From Octopus vulgaris (Eukaryota), in the NCBI GenBank assembly GCA_951406725.2, contig OX597818.1, forward strand, positions 93,496,001 through 93,560,000: DNA of 64,000 nucleotides, in the 5' to 3' direction. The position numbers and the translations under genes are program-made. Below the pieces are notes generated by a model. That model had not been told where the DNA came from and searched no databases. It saw only the letters and a program-made list of their open reading frames with translations. This document shows, in pieces, positions 35,521 through 49,046 of the stretch; the first letter of the stretch is position 1, and every line of letters starts with the position of its first letter.

Positions 35521-37978
35521 TTATACTTTACATAGGCATGAGGTTTTAACACCAGCTTTATATGAAAGAGAAGGTGTAGTTAATTATATTGATTTTAGTA
35601 TTTGACAGAATTCTTTCATTTTAACAGAACCACAAAAAGACAAAAGACAAAGCTGACTTTGTTAAAATTTCAACTCAAAATGTAAAGAACCAAACCAATT
35701 ACCACAAGGTATTTGTTGTGTTTGATACCATGGCTGAGACATTTGAGCTGAAGTTTCATTTTTAAAAGTCTTTATATAATGAAAATTAAATGAAAAAAAC
35801 AGATTTATAGATACTTGAATAAAACATTTCATGTGAAAAGTATTTTATCACATGAAAGTGAATTTGTTTTGTAACTGAATATATAATTGTTATAAAAGTT
35901 TTGTATTTAATTTCTAAAACCACTGCTGCCACCACCACCACCACCACATTCCTGCACTCTATATTTAGCATGTCAAGGCTATCACTGATTAACTGCATTT
36001 TAGATAATGTGAGTGACAATGGAGTGTCTGGGGTAGTATCTTCTGTACAGAAACAACACAACTAAAAAACCATCATAGTCATTATGGTAAACCTTCATTG
36101 AATCTTCGATCTCTCATGGTGACTTCAAATATATAACATTCTTAAAAGTGTAACTCAATGATTTGGTCTCCTCATTGAAGCCAGAAAATACTTCAGATTA
36201 AACTATAACAGACATTGATCATAACTGCAATATATTACAATCAATGTCTTACTTTGTCACAAAATGAATAAACCTTATCGTAGCATCATCGAACCACCAC
36301 CAACTCATAACAGGTTCAACCAATATCCTGCCTCTTCAGTATTTTCCTTTCAAACAAAACAGATATTATTGCTAGAAGTTGGCAACCAATCTTTGCTCAA
36401 GACATACAGTCAACCCTTGGGATAAATACTAATTGTTTAATATGTATAATGGAAGGCAAGGTTTACGATATCGGGAGAATTTGCTTTCTTCCATTATATC
36501 TTGTTCTTCATGTAGTTCAGGCTCCGGCAGGTGAAGAAAGAGGTCTTTAAGTACAAATGCAACTTACAACTGGTTTATTTACAAGTTTCAGGATAGGTGA
36601 AGTGTGTTGCTCTCAGCAACCATCTCAAGCTGTGTGCGTTGTGTTGTATCTCCGTTAGTGCAGACACATTGCCTCTGGAGCTACAACATGCAGACAGGCC
36701 CAGCCAGTGAAATGTGCTCAGCAAGTCCTAGTGTGAAGAAGCAGAGAGAATGAATTTGTTTCTGTTTAGCACTTATATACAATTTGCCATCGCGAGCCTC
36801 GTTGTGACCTCACGCATGGCAAATGGATGCAGGTGAGGTCTCGCTCCAGTCTCAGAGATGGCAATGGCTGCTGCGAGATCTCATCCAATATGGCGCTGAC
36901 TGCTTGTGCCACTACATATGCAACACAATGGCAACTCTGATTAACTTTACACTGTCATTGTTTTATCATCATCAATATTTTAACATCCTCTTCTCCATTC
37001 TTGCATGAATCAGCTGGAATTTGTTTGATTGTTTTCAATTATGATCATGTGATCATGGTTCTGATTTTCAGACAAGGCAATGGGTTGTGTTTTTAAGAAT
37101 GGAGTAAAAGGTTTGTGAGCACCCATTTTGATTTGTTTATTAGTAGATCAATATCGTCACTCTATAATAGTGGGAGTAAGTACAACCATAATAAAGCTGG
37201 CATTGAATACATACCCAAACTTTAACAGACAGAGATAGTTAAAAAAAAAAAGAGACTATCACAGACACTGCTATAAATGTAAACAGTTACACTCTGAAGA
37301 GCATTAAAAAAAAATAGTGATGTAAATGAAAATTTAAGCAATTACAAAAGCATCACCCACAACTTCTCTTTTGATAGTATCATGAACCAAAAAGAGATAT
37401 TGGACATGGGCTAACTTGAAGCAATAGGAAAAGTGTGAAAGAGGTATGTCATGAAAAGAGGGTCTTCTTGCCCAAGGAATTTATCCAAGAAAGAACAAGG
37501 AAAAGATAATGAACATGAAAGCGACTTGTAGTAATGTAGCTGAAAGGAATTTGGAAGGGCCCCTAGATATTGATGAATCTTGAAAACTAGAGTGCTATCC
37601 CAGAGTTGTATTTTATCAATAGAGTAGAAAAATCAGTAAGACTTTCATGTGATAAAATACTTTTCACATGAAAAGATTCAAGTATCTATAAATCTTTTTC
37701 TTTTATTTAATTTTTATCATGTAAAGACTTTAAAAAATGAAACTTCAGCTCAAATGTCTCAGCCATGGTATCAAACACAACAAATACCTTGTGGTAATTG
37801 TTTTGGTTCTTTACATTTTGAGTTGAAATTTTAACAAAGTCAGCTTTGTCTTTTGTCTTTTTGTGGTGCTGTTAAAATGAAAGAATTCTGTCAAATACTA
37901 AAATCAATATAATTAACTACACCTTCTTCTCTTTTATATAAAGCTGGTGTTAAAGCCTTGTGCCTATGTAAAGTATAA
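35521..37978. repeat. ~340 bp inverted repeat pair (35521-35859 and 37641-37978)
   Basis: The arms are reverse complements with scattered mismatches. Confidence 0.92.
36443..36916 (-). mobile_element. Solo-LTR-like segment (~470 bp)
   Basis: TG...CA ends with an imperfect TGTA..TGG inverted repeat. On the - strand TATATAAG is followed by AATAAA. No clear TSD. Confidence 0.45.
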
Positions 37979-39024
37979 TTACTAGCATTATAATTTACCT
38001 GCCTCTTAAACTTACTGTACATATTTACAATATTTATATACAAACTAGGCTTTGACCACTTCGATCCTCTATCACCATCAGGTATCTTGCTCTTTGACGA
38101 GAAAATTATCCCATTCTGGAGACAATTTAGGAATCTATATTTTGTAATAAGTGTCCTTATTAACTAACCCAGTCAACTGCTAACATAAACTTAAAAAAAG
38201 CAAAAGTTCTTAGTTTGATTTTAATTTGAGACCATGTATATATAAGACACTGATGACAACTGGGAAATCAAACTGATCAAACCCAAATATAAATGTAAAT
38301 ATTGTAAATATGCAGTGAAAAGAAGGATTATCCTAAAGCATTTTTTCAATGGAAGTAGGTCTTTCTTGGTGTTAACCACATGCATAAAATTGCTAAAACT
38401 GCACCCTATAGACTAGGCCTCTCTTCTTCAGGACCCAAAAATATTTAAGCACCAATGAGTTGCTACCCCTCTCACAGAGCTTAAGACTCGCATCGGAATA
38501 CTGTTAACATTTACAGATCAAAACTACTGACTCTCTCTCTCTTTCTCTTTCTTGCTTGCAAAGGCCATGATATATCCCTTCCTACTGACTAAACGATATT
38601 TTGGGAAGAGCATGATAACTACTATACATTGAACAGACAGCCAAATAACACCAATTATATTGTATACACCAGAAACCAGCAGCAATTTGTTATAGCATTT
38701 CTCTGCTTCAGTTTGAACTCAAGCTAGTTGTTTTCCAATTAGGAAAGTTTTTGTAAATGGAAACAGGGTCTTTGAACTTGAGCAATGGACAAACTAACCA
38801 CTGACACTCAACAATTACACCAACTTCATAGACTGACATCAGCAAAAATATTGATGAATCAAAAAGTTGCTGGTCACAATTAGTCACACTTTGATTTAGG
38901 GTAGCTTACAAAATATAAACAGTCGCATACAGGCAATGTCAAGTGACAGACTGGAGCAAATGACAGTCTCACACTCAATGAGTGAGAACTGGGTGCAACC
39001 ATACATTGCAACAGATGTCCATTC

Positions 39025-39738
39025 TTTTACTTGTTTCAGTCATTTCATTGTGGCCATGCTGGAGTACTGCCTTGTAGGATTTTAGTTGACAAATCGACAT
39101 CAGAGCATATTTTTTTAAAGCTAAGCCTAGTACTTATTCTATCAGTCTCTGTTGCCAAACCACTAAGTTACAGGATGTAAACACACCAACACCAGTTATC
39201 AAGCAGTGATGGGACAAACAGACACAAATGTATACAAATATATACATATATGTGTGTGTGTATGTGTGTGTGAAGGCGCGGTTAGAGCTTTGAGCTTACG
39301 ATTGTGAGGTTGTGAGTTTGAATCCCGGACTGGGCTGCATGTTGTGTTCTTGAGCAAGACACTTTATTTCACGTTGCTCCAGTTCACTCAGCTGTAAAAA
39401 TGAGTTGCGACGTCACAGGTGCCAAGCTGTATCGGCCTTTGCCTTTCCCTTAGATAACATTGGTGGTGTGGAGAGGGGAGACCGGTATACATGGGCGACT
39501 GTTGGTCTTCCTTAAACAAACTTACCCGGACTTGTGCCTGGGAGGGTAACTTTCTAGGTGCAATCCCATAGTCAGTCATGACCATATATACATACAACAG
39601 GCTTCTTTCAGTTTCCATCTACCAAATTCACTCACAAGGCTTTGGTCGATACTTGCCCAAGGTGCCACAGAGTTGGACTGAAGCCAGGACTATGTGATTG
39701 GGAAGCAAGCTTCTTACCACACAGCCACATCTGCACCG
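39025..39738 (-). mobile_element. SINE with a second SINE (39271-39583, +) nested in its microsatellite
   Basis: The outer halves match the 2900 family; the inner part matches 19902-20240. Confidence 0.8.
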
Positions 39739-39784
39739 ATATTGTTATTAGCTATCAAACAATGTAAATAAGTGAATCTGCTTA

Positions 39785-40450
39785 TTTACTTAAGCCCTTC
39801 ATTTCCTGTGGAGCATAGGCCGTCGACAACTTTTCTCCACTCTTCTCAACTCTTGGCTGTCTTTTTTTTTTCGCTTTTCTCCATTTGGATTCCTGCTTTT
39901 CCAGCTCTGCCTCACTACCCTGCCTCCATCTGTTTTTTAGACTGTCCTCTCTTCCGCATCTCATGTGAGTTCAAGGGTCAAGGCCTGGCATATAATTCAG
40001 GATATTGATTACCTTTAAGTGTGGCCTAACCATCACCACTTGCACTTCAGGATCTTTTCTTCCACAGGCACCTTTCCCACCACCACCACCACCACCACCT
40101 ATCACAGCTCTTCATTTCCTATTTTATTTGGCCTTCGAACTTGAAGAATACACTTCAAATAGTTACTAATGAAAATCTACACTTCCTGCAGCATCTTTTT
40201 GATTCTTATCCCTGTCTCTGATCCATAGAGGAGGGTGGATTTCACATTAGAGCTGAAGATATGCAACTTATTTTCTATGCTAATTTCTCTGGAAGCTCAG
40301 ATGTTCTCGAGAATGGTGAAGATGGTCTTGAGAATGACCTTGTCCACTCAAGTATGACATCTCTCTGTCTTACCCTATGTACCAATTATGCTATTAAGGT
40401 AAGTAAAGGCATGGGCTTGCTATTTATTCTTCTGGCTGAGTTGTAATTAG
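39785..40450 (-). mobile_element. Degenerate RTE-like LINE 3' portion
   Basis: Reverse strand has fragments such as STLLYG and a terminal LCSTGNEG-like segment, with many frameshifts. Confidence 0.5.
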
Positions 40451-41215
40451 AGGTGTTAATCATCATCAGATTGGTCTCCCTGTTGATCCTCAGTTCTGTG
40501 TCAAAGGATATAACTACCAGCCTATTTGTCTTATCTTGTATCTGGTTATGATTGGGTGACACAGGAGCAGAGTTAGAAGTTGTTGATTGCAAGTCACTCA
40601 AGCTTTGATTTGGCTAGTTAGCTTATAAAATGAACTGTCACAAACAGGACAGTGGTGAGTAACACACAGGAGTAAAAGACTGCTATATATTCAATAAAAG
40701 ATAATCAAATGCAGTCGTACACCATATCTAATGTTGTTAACTATCAGACAGTGTAAACAGCTAAAATTGCTACTAATTCTTTTGAACTCTCTCTCTCATC
40801 TGCACACAGCCACACTAGCTGTCCAACTAATTCACTAATACGAGTGCAACATTCTCTATTACTTTGTTATTTTTCTTGAACACTTATTTTCTCTTGATTA
40901 CAGAGTCAAGCTACAACATTAATCTCTTTTTTTTTTCCCCCTTGGAAGCACCATGTTCCATTTAAAACTTTTAACAATAAAACAGATGATGATGATGAAT
41001 TCAATATGACAGACCATACATTTTTTTAATTTTTTGAACTCTTTCATTATTTTCATATTCATTTTATTGTTAAAGCGTATTTCTGAAAGTAAATTTTTTC
41101 ACAAACAATTTATTGTTTGTGTAAAAATTATGATTGATCAAATACTAAATGTATATATGTACACACACACATACATATATATGTATACAGATATGTATGT
41201 TCACATACACTTTTA

Positions 41216-41262
<47 letters not shown>

Positions 41263-41266
<4 letters not shown>

Positions 41267-43937
41267 GGCTGCGCTGGTATGGTCATGTGACGAGAATGGC
41301 TGAAGATAGTTGTGTGCAAAAGTGCTACACCCTAGCAGTTGAGGGAACCTGTGGAAAAGGTAGACCCAGGAAAACCTGGGACGAGGTGGTGAAGCACGAC
41401 CTTCGAACTTTAGGTCTCACCAAGGAAATGACTGAAGACCGAGTCCTATGGAAGTGTGCTGTGCATGAGAGGACCCGGCAGGACTAGTCAGGCCATATCC
41501 TGTGGCCCCTACCTGGGACGTAGTTGATCCACCTGTGCATACCTTCCTTCTTGTGACACTTGTGAAGACCTGCTGAGGCAAGTGAAAATCAATCAAAATA
41601 GATGAACATCAATGGAATTTGTATCTTTGTGGTACCAGTGCCTGTGGCACACAAGAAAACCATCCGAACGTGGCCGTAGCCAGTACCGCACCGACTCGCC
41701 TCCGTGCTATGGGAACATGGTGGCACATAAAAACACCATCCGAAGACCCGGCAAGACTAGTCAGGTCATAACCCGTGGGCCCTACCTGGGACGTAGTCAG
41801 TCCACCTGTACATACCTTCCTTCTTGCGACACTTGTGAAGACCTGTTGAGGCAAGTGAAAATCAAAACAAATCAAAATAGATGAACATCAATGGAATTTG
41901 TATCTTTGTGGTACCAGTGCCGGTGGCACACAAGAATCCATCCGAACGTGGCCGTAGTCAGTACCGCTTGTGGTACCAGTGCCGGTGGCACACAAGAATC
42001 CATCTGAACGTGGCCGTAGTCAGTACCGCATCACTGGCCATCGTGCTGTGGGCACATAACAAACACCATCCGGTCGTGGCCGTTTGCCAGCCTCATCTAG
42101 CACCTGTGTCGGTGGCACATAAAAAGTAGTCAGTACCGCTTGTGGTACCAGTGCCGGTGGCACACAAGAATCCATCCGAACATGGCCGTAGTCAGTACCG
42201 CATCACTGGCCATCGTGCTGTGGGCACATAACAAACACCATCCGGTCGTGGCCGTTCGCCAGCCTCATCTAGCACCTGTGTCGGTGGCACATAAAAACAC
42301 CATCCGAAGACCCAGCAAGACTAGTCAGGCCATAAACCATGGCCCCTACCTGGGACGTAGTCAGTCCACCTGTGCATACCTTCCTCCTTGTGATACTTGT
42401 GAAGGCCTGTTGAGGCAAGTGAAAATCAAAATCAAAATCAAATCAAAACAAATCAAAATAGATGAACATCAATGGAATTTGTATCTTTGTGGTACCAGTG
42501 CCGGTGGCACACAAGAGAATGGCCATCCGAAAGTGGCCGTAGCCAGTACCGCATCGACTGGCCTCCGTGCTGTGGGCACATGACAAACACCATCCGATCG
42601 TGGCCGTTCGCCAGCCTCATCTAGCACCTGTGTCGGTGGCACATAAAAACACCATCCGAAGACCCGGCAAGACTAGTCAGGCCATAACCCATGGCCCCTA
42701 CCTGGGACGTAGTCAGTCCACCTGTGCATACCTTCCTTCTTGTGACACTTGTGAAGACCTGTTGAGGCAAGTGAAAATCAAAATCAAAACAAATCAAAAT
42801 AGATGAACATCAATGGAATCTGTATCTTTGTGGTACCAGTGCCGGTGGCACACACTTTGTGGTACCAGTGCCGGTGGCACACAAGAGAACCATCCGAACG
42901 TGGCCGTAGCCAGTTCCGCATCGACCGGCCTCCGTGCTGTGGGCTCGTAACAAACACCATCCGATCATGGCCGTTCGCCAGCCTCATCTGGCACCTGTGT
43001 CGGTGGCACATAAAAACACCTTCCGAAGACCCGGCAAGACTAGTCAGTCCACCTGTGCATACCTTCCTTCTTGTGACACTTGTGAAGACCGGTTGAGGCA
43101 AGTGAAAATCAAATCAAATCAAATCAAAATAGACAAAATAGATGAACATCAATGGAATTTGTATCTTGTGGTACCAGTGCCTGTGGCACACAAGAAATCC
43201 ATCAGTGCTGTAGTCAGTGCGGTGGGCACATGACAAACACCATCCGATCGTGGCCGTTCGCCAGCCTCATCTAGCACCTGTGTCGGTGGCACATAAAAAC
43301 ACCATCCGAAGACCCGGCAAGACTAGTCAGGCCATAACCCATGGCCCCTACCTGGGACGTAGTCAGTCCACCTGTGCATACCTTCCTTCTTGTGACACTT
43401 GTGAAGACCTGTTGAGGCAAGTGAAAATCAAAACAAATCAAAATAGATGAACATCAATGGAATTTGTATCTTTGTGGTACCAGTGCCGGTGGCACGTGGC
43501 ACACAAGAAAACCATCCGAACGTGGCCGTAGCCAGTACCGCATCGACTGGCCTCCGTGCTGTGGGCACGTAACAAGCACCATCCGATCGTGGCCGTTTGC
43601 CAGCCTCATCTGGCACCTGTGTCGGTGGCACATAAAAACACCATCCGAGCATGGCCGTCTGCCAGCCTCGTCTGGCACCTGTGTCGGTGGCACATAAAAA
43701 ACACCATCCGAGCGTGGCCGTTTGCCAGCCTCGTCTGGCACCTGTGTCAGTGGCACATAAAATCACCCACTACACTCTCGGAGTGGTTGGCGTTAGGAAG
43801 GGCATCCAGCTGTAGAAACACTGCCAGATCTGACTGGACTGGTGCAGCTTTCGGGCTCCCCAGACCCCAGTTGAACCGTCCAACCCATGCTAGCATGGAA
43901 AGCGGACGTTAAATGATGATGATGATGATGATGATGA
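41263..43937 (+). mobile_element. RTE-clade LINE 3' end with an expanded tandem-repeat 3' UTR and (GAT)n tail
   Basis: RRLRWYGHVTRM..VEGTCGKGRPRKTWDEVVKHDL..DRVLWK is a typical RTE C-terminus. It is followed by ~2.3 kb of reiterated modules and ends in GGACGTTAAA(TGA)n. Confidence 0.85.
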
Positions 43938-44001
43938 TATATGTATGTATGTATATATATTTATATATGTACGTATGTATATTTATATATGTATGTATAT
44001 T

Positions 44002-44054
<53 letters not shown>

Positions 44055-44135
44055 GTATATATATTTATATATGTATGTGTGTATATATATATATGTATGA
44101 ATATATATATATATGTATGTGTATATATATGTATA

Positions 44136-44179
<44 letters not shown>

Positions 44180-44190
44180 GTATGTGTGTT
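43938..44190. repeat. Compound TA/TG microsatellite
   Basis: Seen directly. Confidence 0.95.
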
Positions 44191-44469
44191 CATGTATAAT
44201 TGTTTAAGAAATGAAAACATTAATTTGAACAGAGAACATGTGGTTGTTTTCTATTCTTTCTTCATGGCACCTCTTTGTCCACAAAATGTCCTGAAATAAT
44301 TATATAAACACATATTTCAAAAACTGTGTAAAAGAATTATCAACTGTTTGTTCATTTTTTTTTTCTTTATATTTTTGGGTTTATTAAAAAAACAAAAAAA
44401 AAGCAATAATTACTCTTGTTTTTGATCTTAATATTGATCTGTTTTGTTTTTTTTTTTTTGTTCCTTTAG

Positions 44470-44550
44470 GACTTCGTAAACAGAAGCAGTATGACTGGAA
44501 AGACAGTAATATCTCATTGTTTGGTTCCAGCACGGACAGAGATGTTAAAA
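44470..44550 (+). CDS. Gelsolin-like gene coding exon 2: (G)LRKQKQYDWKDSNISLFGSSTDRDVK
   Basis: Long poly-T tract plus TTTAG acceptor, GTAAGT donor, 81 nt, phase 1/1. Contains the YDWKDSN..LFGS motif. Confidence 0.93.
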
Positions 44551-44647
44551 GTAAGTGCTAATTAATGATAGGTTTTTCTTGTTCTCTCATCCTTTTCTTA
44601 TCTACTTTGTTTTCTCCAGTATTTCCTTTCTTTTTACATGTATGTAC

Positions 44648-44683
<36 letters not shown>

Positions 44684-45165
44684 CTACACATACACACACA
44701 CACACACACTCACACACACACATATATATGTACGTATGCATGCATGTTTGTAGCTTTCTGTTCATTTAAGGTGTGGGTATGTGTGAACGTATTATTTTAA
44801 CTTAAATATTTTGGTGACATGTGATTTGGTGTTTGTTGGATGTGTGTGTGTATTTCTTTATTTAACCCTCAATCACCTTTGGTTAAGCATACCTGTGATC
44901 AAAGATAGTCAGCTATAATGATTACACATTTTTTTTTTTTAAACTTTAGGCAGTATACCACCAGCTACGTGACCCAGTGTGCATGTGCACACAAGAGTGT
45001 GTGGTTTGAGAGACATTGGTTGTTATTTTGAGTAAGTCGACTGACTACATTGAGTCTCTCCAGTTAAGTTTATGATATGTCTTAAGTATGGACAAATCAA
45101 TTAAACATACACATTCACACATCACAAAATACAGTCTCAAAGCTATTTCTGAACATATGAGCCCA

Positions 45166-45207
<42 letters not shown>

Positions 45208-46039
45208 GCATGTAAAGTAGTATATTTTATGTGTGTATATACGATATACAATACTGCAATGGTCTTTTTTTTTTAAACAAATAAAAACTCACATGCACAG
45301 AAAGATTGGGAAAAAACTGATTACTAAAGAAAACAGATAAAAATTGAGTAGGACTGTATTTGATTACGTCATCCTCATTATCATCGTTATCATCAAAGAG
45401 TTGCAGCTGCAAGTTGTTAAAATGTCAACATTAAGCAACAACCCAAAGTTTGAATGTTCAAGTCACTTGTGGGAATTGTGGGAATATTTAATTTCAGTAG
45501 ATTTGATGAAATAACTACATCTTGACCTTTGAAGTCACAAGGATGTGTTTTGCTGTTGTTTTCTTTCTCTGAATAAGCAGCTATTAAATACTATTAAATA
45601 TTGTTTGTTAGCTTATCTATCTATTTGTCCAGCTATCTGTCTCTCTTTTCAATATCTCACTATCTACCCAGTCAAGATCTACTCACTATCTTACTATCCA
45701 GTATGCATCAGCACACAGGGCCTATGGGAGGGAAATTCGGCTTGTTCATTGGTCCTGGTGACCCAGATATCCAAGAAGAGGGGCTCCACATGAATTTCTG
45801 ACAAAAGAATGAGCTACACCAAGGAAGGGAGTAGGGTCCAAAAAGCAACTTTATTCTCCTGAAAGGAGAATATCTACACATTGTGTCTTGTTCTCTCTCT
45901 CTTTGTACATGTGTGTGTGTCCCTCTTTTTCTTTTTAAATTTCAGCCAGGGGCTGTGGCCATGCTGGAGTACTGCCTTTAGTGTGATTGGTTTTTATTTC
46001 ACTCTCACTTCCTGGCTTTCTCTCTGGAACTATTTCTGG

Positions 46040-47110
46040 TGAAATTGCAAGCTGGACAGAGCTGCTTTTCTTTGTGTTTCCTGCTAAAATGTCGGTTCAT
46101 CTGGTACCTCAGATAGAAACTTGACATATGTTCTTTGAAAACATCCACAACTACACCTCACAGGTCTCTGAGGTTGTTTGGCAGAGTGTTGAAAAGTTGT
46201 GAACCCTTGAAATCTTAGCTGTCACAGTACTGGGTCCTTACTCTAGGAGGAGAAGACAGAATCTTTGATAGTATACAGTGGTGTACAATTCAGTGTTTGG
46301 TATAGCTTTCAATCCTAAAGTTGAGAGGTAGATCTCTAGGACCTTCCATATACATATATCACTGCATATCCTTTGCATTTTCTCTCTGTGGAGTAGAGTC
46401 TCCATTTTTTTAGACTCTCCTAGTAATTCATCTGTTGCAACAAGTTAATCTTGTTTGTGTAATGGTATTTGATTGCCTTGAGTTTCACTTTTAGTTTGAC
46501 ACTTAGTGGCAATCACAGTTGAGAGCAATAATCAAGAAGACTGAGAAGAAATGTTCATTATAGGAGTAGCATGATATCCTTTTTCCTTGTTCTGAATAAT
46601 GCTCAGAATCCAACCTCTCACTCTTCTGCACAATGTTACTGTCCAAGTAATATGCACATTAAATTTTGCATTATTACTTGTGTTGATTCCCAGGCCACCA
46701 ACTCTGACTCTGGGATTGCACTACTCACTGGTCCTGTGTATTTTGTATGTCTGCTGATAATAAGACACTTGAAACTACTCAGTATTTAACTGTATTTTAT
46801 ATTCATCATCTCACTTATATATTGCATTCAGGTCTTTCTGCAGTTTTAGAGTGTCACTAGAGTCCTTGACCACCGTTGATTGATACATTTGTATCATCAG
46901 CATAACTCGTGAGAGTGGCTGAGAATATGTCTGAGAAACAGTAGTGGTCTCAGTACAGTTCCCTGGGGGACTCTGCTGCAGATTGTCTCCTCAAAGAGGG
47001 CACCATTGACTGTGACTTTCTAACTTCTACCTTTTCAAAAGTCATGCAGCTACTTCCTTATTTTTCCAGTGACACCAAAGTCACACAGTTTCTGATGTAT
47101 CATCCCATGA
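46040..47110 (-). mobile_element. Degenerate CR1/L2-like LINE
   Basis: Reverse strand contains S(R)VPQGTVL at ~46950-46980 and SYADDT at ~46890-46907. Confidence 0.65.
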
Positions 47111-47632
47111 TATAAACACAATATTTAAATTTGAGTTACTATATGTCTCATGCCCCTAGCTCATATTTCATTCCTGTATTTATTGAATGACATTTAACTC
47201 TCACTGGGTGGAGTACATCTTTTGTTGATCCTCAAAATAATGGAACAGTACACTATATATATCCAATAAATATCTATACACTACCTTTCTATCTAATTAG
47301 CATTTACACACTGTCAATATATACAGTCAATATCTATACACTGCCCACTAGATCATTTTGCTAGGTCATTTTACTTAATAGAAATAACAGACAAAACTTC
47401 TACTAGGTCATTTTACTTAATAGAAATAACAGACAAAACTTCCTCAGATCACACTCTACTGAATAAAAAGTAAAGGCACTGGATAATGTAATTTTTAGGT
47501 ATGTCTAAAAAGATGATTGTTATGGTTGGATTGATCTTAAGTCTGCTTAATTAAGTATTAATTTAGGACTAAACAATAACATTTACATAGTGTCCCTCTA
47601 TCTAGTCAACATCTACATATCATTTATATATA

Positions 47633-48400
47633 CAAGGGGGTACCCAAAAGTAACTGGAAACATTCTCTGTGGGACAAGCCCATTGTAGTTCAGGCTTCAA
47701 CTGCTAGAAGCCACTTGATGCAACCCTCAGGAATCAGTCTGCCAACTGGCAGAATTTTAGGTGCTCCTACAGCCATGTGGTGTCTTTGTTTTGCTGCGCT
47801 TCTCTCCTATTCATTGATTTTTGCAATGGATGAAATGAAGGCATAATGTGCTTCCATGAAATACTGTTTTCTGTTGAGGAAAATGGTGGCGAAAACAGTT
47901 GTCATACTTCAAACAGCTTACAAGGATGATCAACTGATCTTAGAGGACTGCTGCCAAACAATTGACAAACTTGTTGATACGACTGGTGTCCTGGTGCTCT
48001 TGCCAACGAATTTTAAGCAAGGAATTGTGAATAAAAAAAAGTTGTAGCAAACTTTGTGCCTCACTTGCTCATGGAAGATCAAAAGCAGTCACAACTGAAT
48101 GCATGTTGTGAACCGAAAGAACAGATGAAAGTTCATTCAAACCTTTTTATGAAGGCCATCACTGGTGACAAAAGCTGATGCTACAGCTACGACCCAGAAA
48201 CGAAGCAATAGTCAAGTCAATGGAAGCATTTAGTGTCATCATGCCTCCCTTCCAAAACAAATCCATCAAGTGAAGTCTAATCTCAAGGCGATGCTGATTT
48301 GTTTCATCAATTCAAAAGGAATTGTCCATACAGTATTTGTTCCTCCTGGTCAGCTTGTTAACCAGACATTTTACTTGGCAGTTCTGAAGCATTTGCAAAA
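47633..48400 (+). mobile_element. Degenerate mariner of a second family
   Basis: TA|CAAGGGGGTACCCAAAAGTAAC left end, with MKYCFLL, FVPHLL, ITGDKS*CYSYDPETK and GIVHTVFVPPGQ. Confidence 0.8.
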
Positions 48401-48972
48401 AAAAAGCAACACAAAAAACAATTGTATTTCTGTATTTGTTTTTGTTTTGTTTTTTTGCATTGTGTGAAAACATCCTGATGAGGGAAGTGTCAGTTTTAAA
48501 AATATAAAATATATCCTATTACTTGGCACGTCTCTGAAACAGCCCATAGGTGGAATTTTTTAATTTTTGTAATATTTTTATGGTGTTTTAGTAGGCCCTT
48601 TTAATGTTTTATCATCTCAAATTTTTATTACACCAATGTATTGTAACTTTTAAATCTAAATTTCACTGTGTTTTTTGTATCATATCGATATTTATCTACT
48701 TATATATATTTTATTTGGAATTTTTATATCAGTTTTATAAATATAGAAGAATATATGTATATATATATATATTTGATTTTGTGTGTGGTTATTAGTTATG
48801 TTCCTCTAGTTTCCACTTGCATTGCCTCCATTCAGATTATTAAACAGAATATAGCTCACTTGGAGCATTAAAACTCCAGTCTGTATTTTATATATATAGG
48901 TGTGTGTGTGTGTATGTGTATGTATATATATATAACTGTTACTTTAACACTATAATTCTCTAACTTCTGCAG

Positions 48973-49046
48973 AAGAAGCAGCAGAACATGAGAAAGCTTG
49001 GCAAGCAGTTGGAAAAGAAACTGGTCTCTTGGTCTGGAGAATTGAG
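48973..49046 (+). CDS. Gelsolin-like gene coding exon 3: (K)EAAEHEKAWQAVGKETGLLVWRIE
   Basis: TTCTGCAG acceptor, GTAGGT donor, 74 nt, phase 1/0. GLxxWRIE marks the start of gelsolin domain G1. Confidence 0.93.

Noticed and set aside
41609-43912. Repeated ORFs (LWAH..KHHP..) and a CRISPR-like repeat appearance
   Set aside because: The units are RTE 3' UTR modules. The sequences between repeats are themselves repeated rather than unique spacers, there are no cas genes, and the context is eukaryotic.
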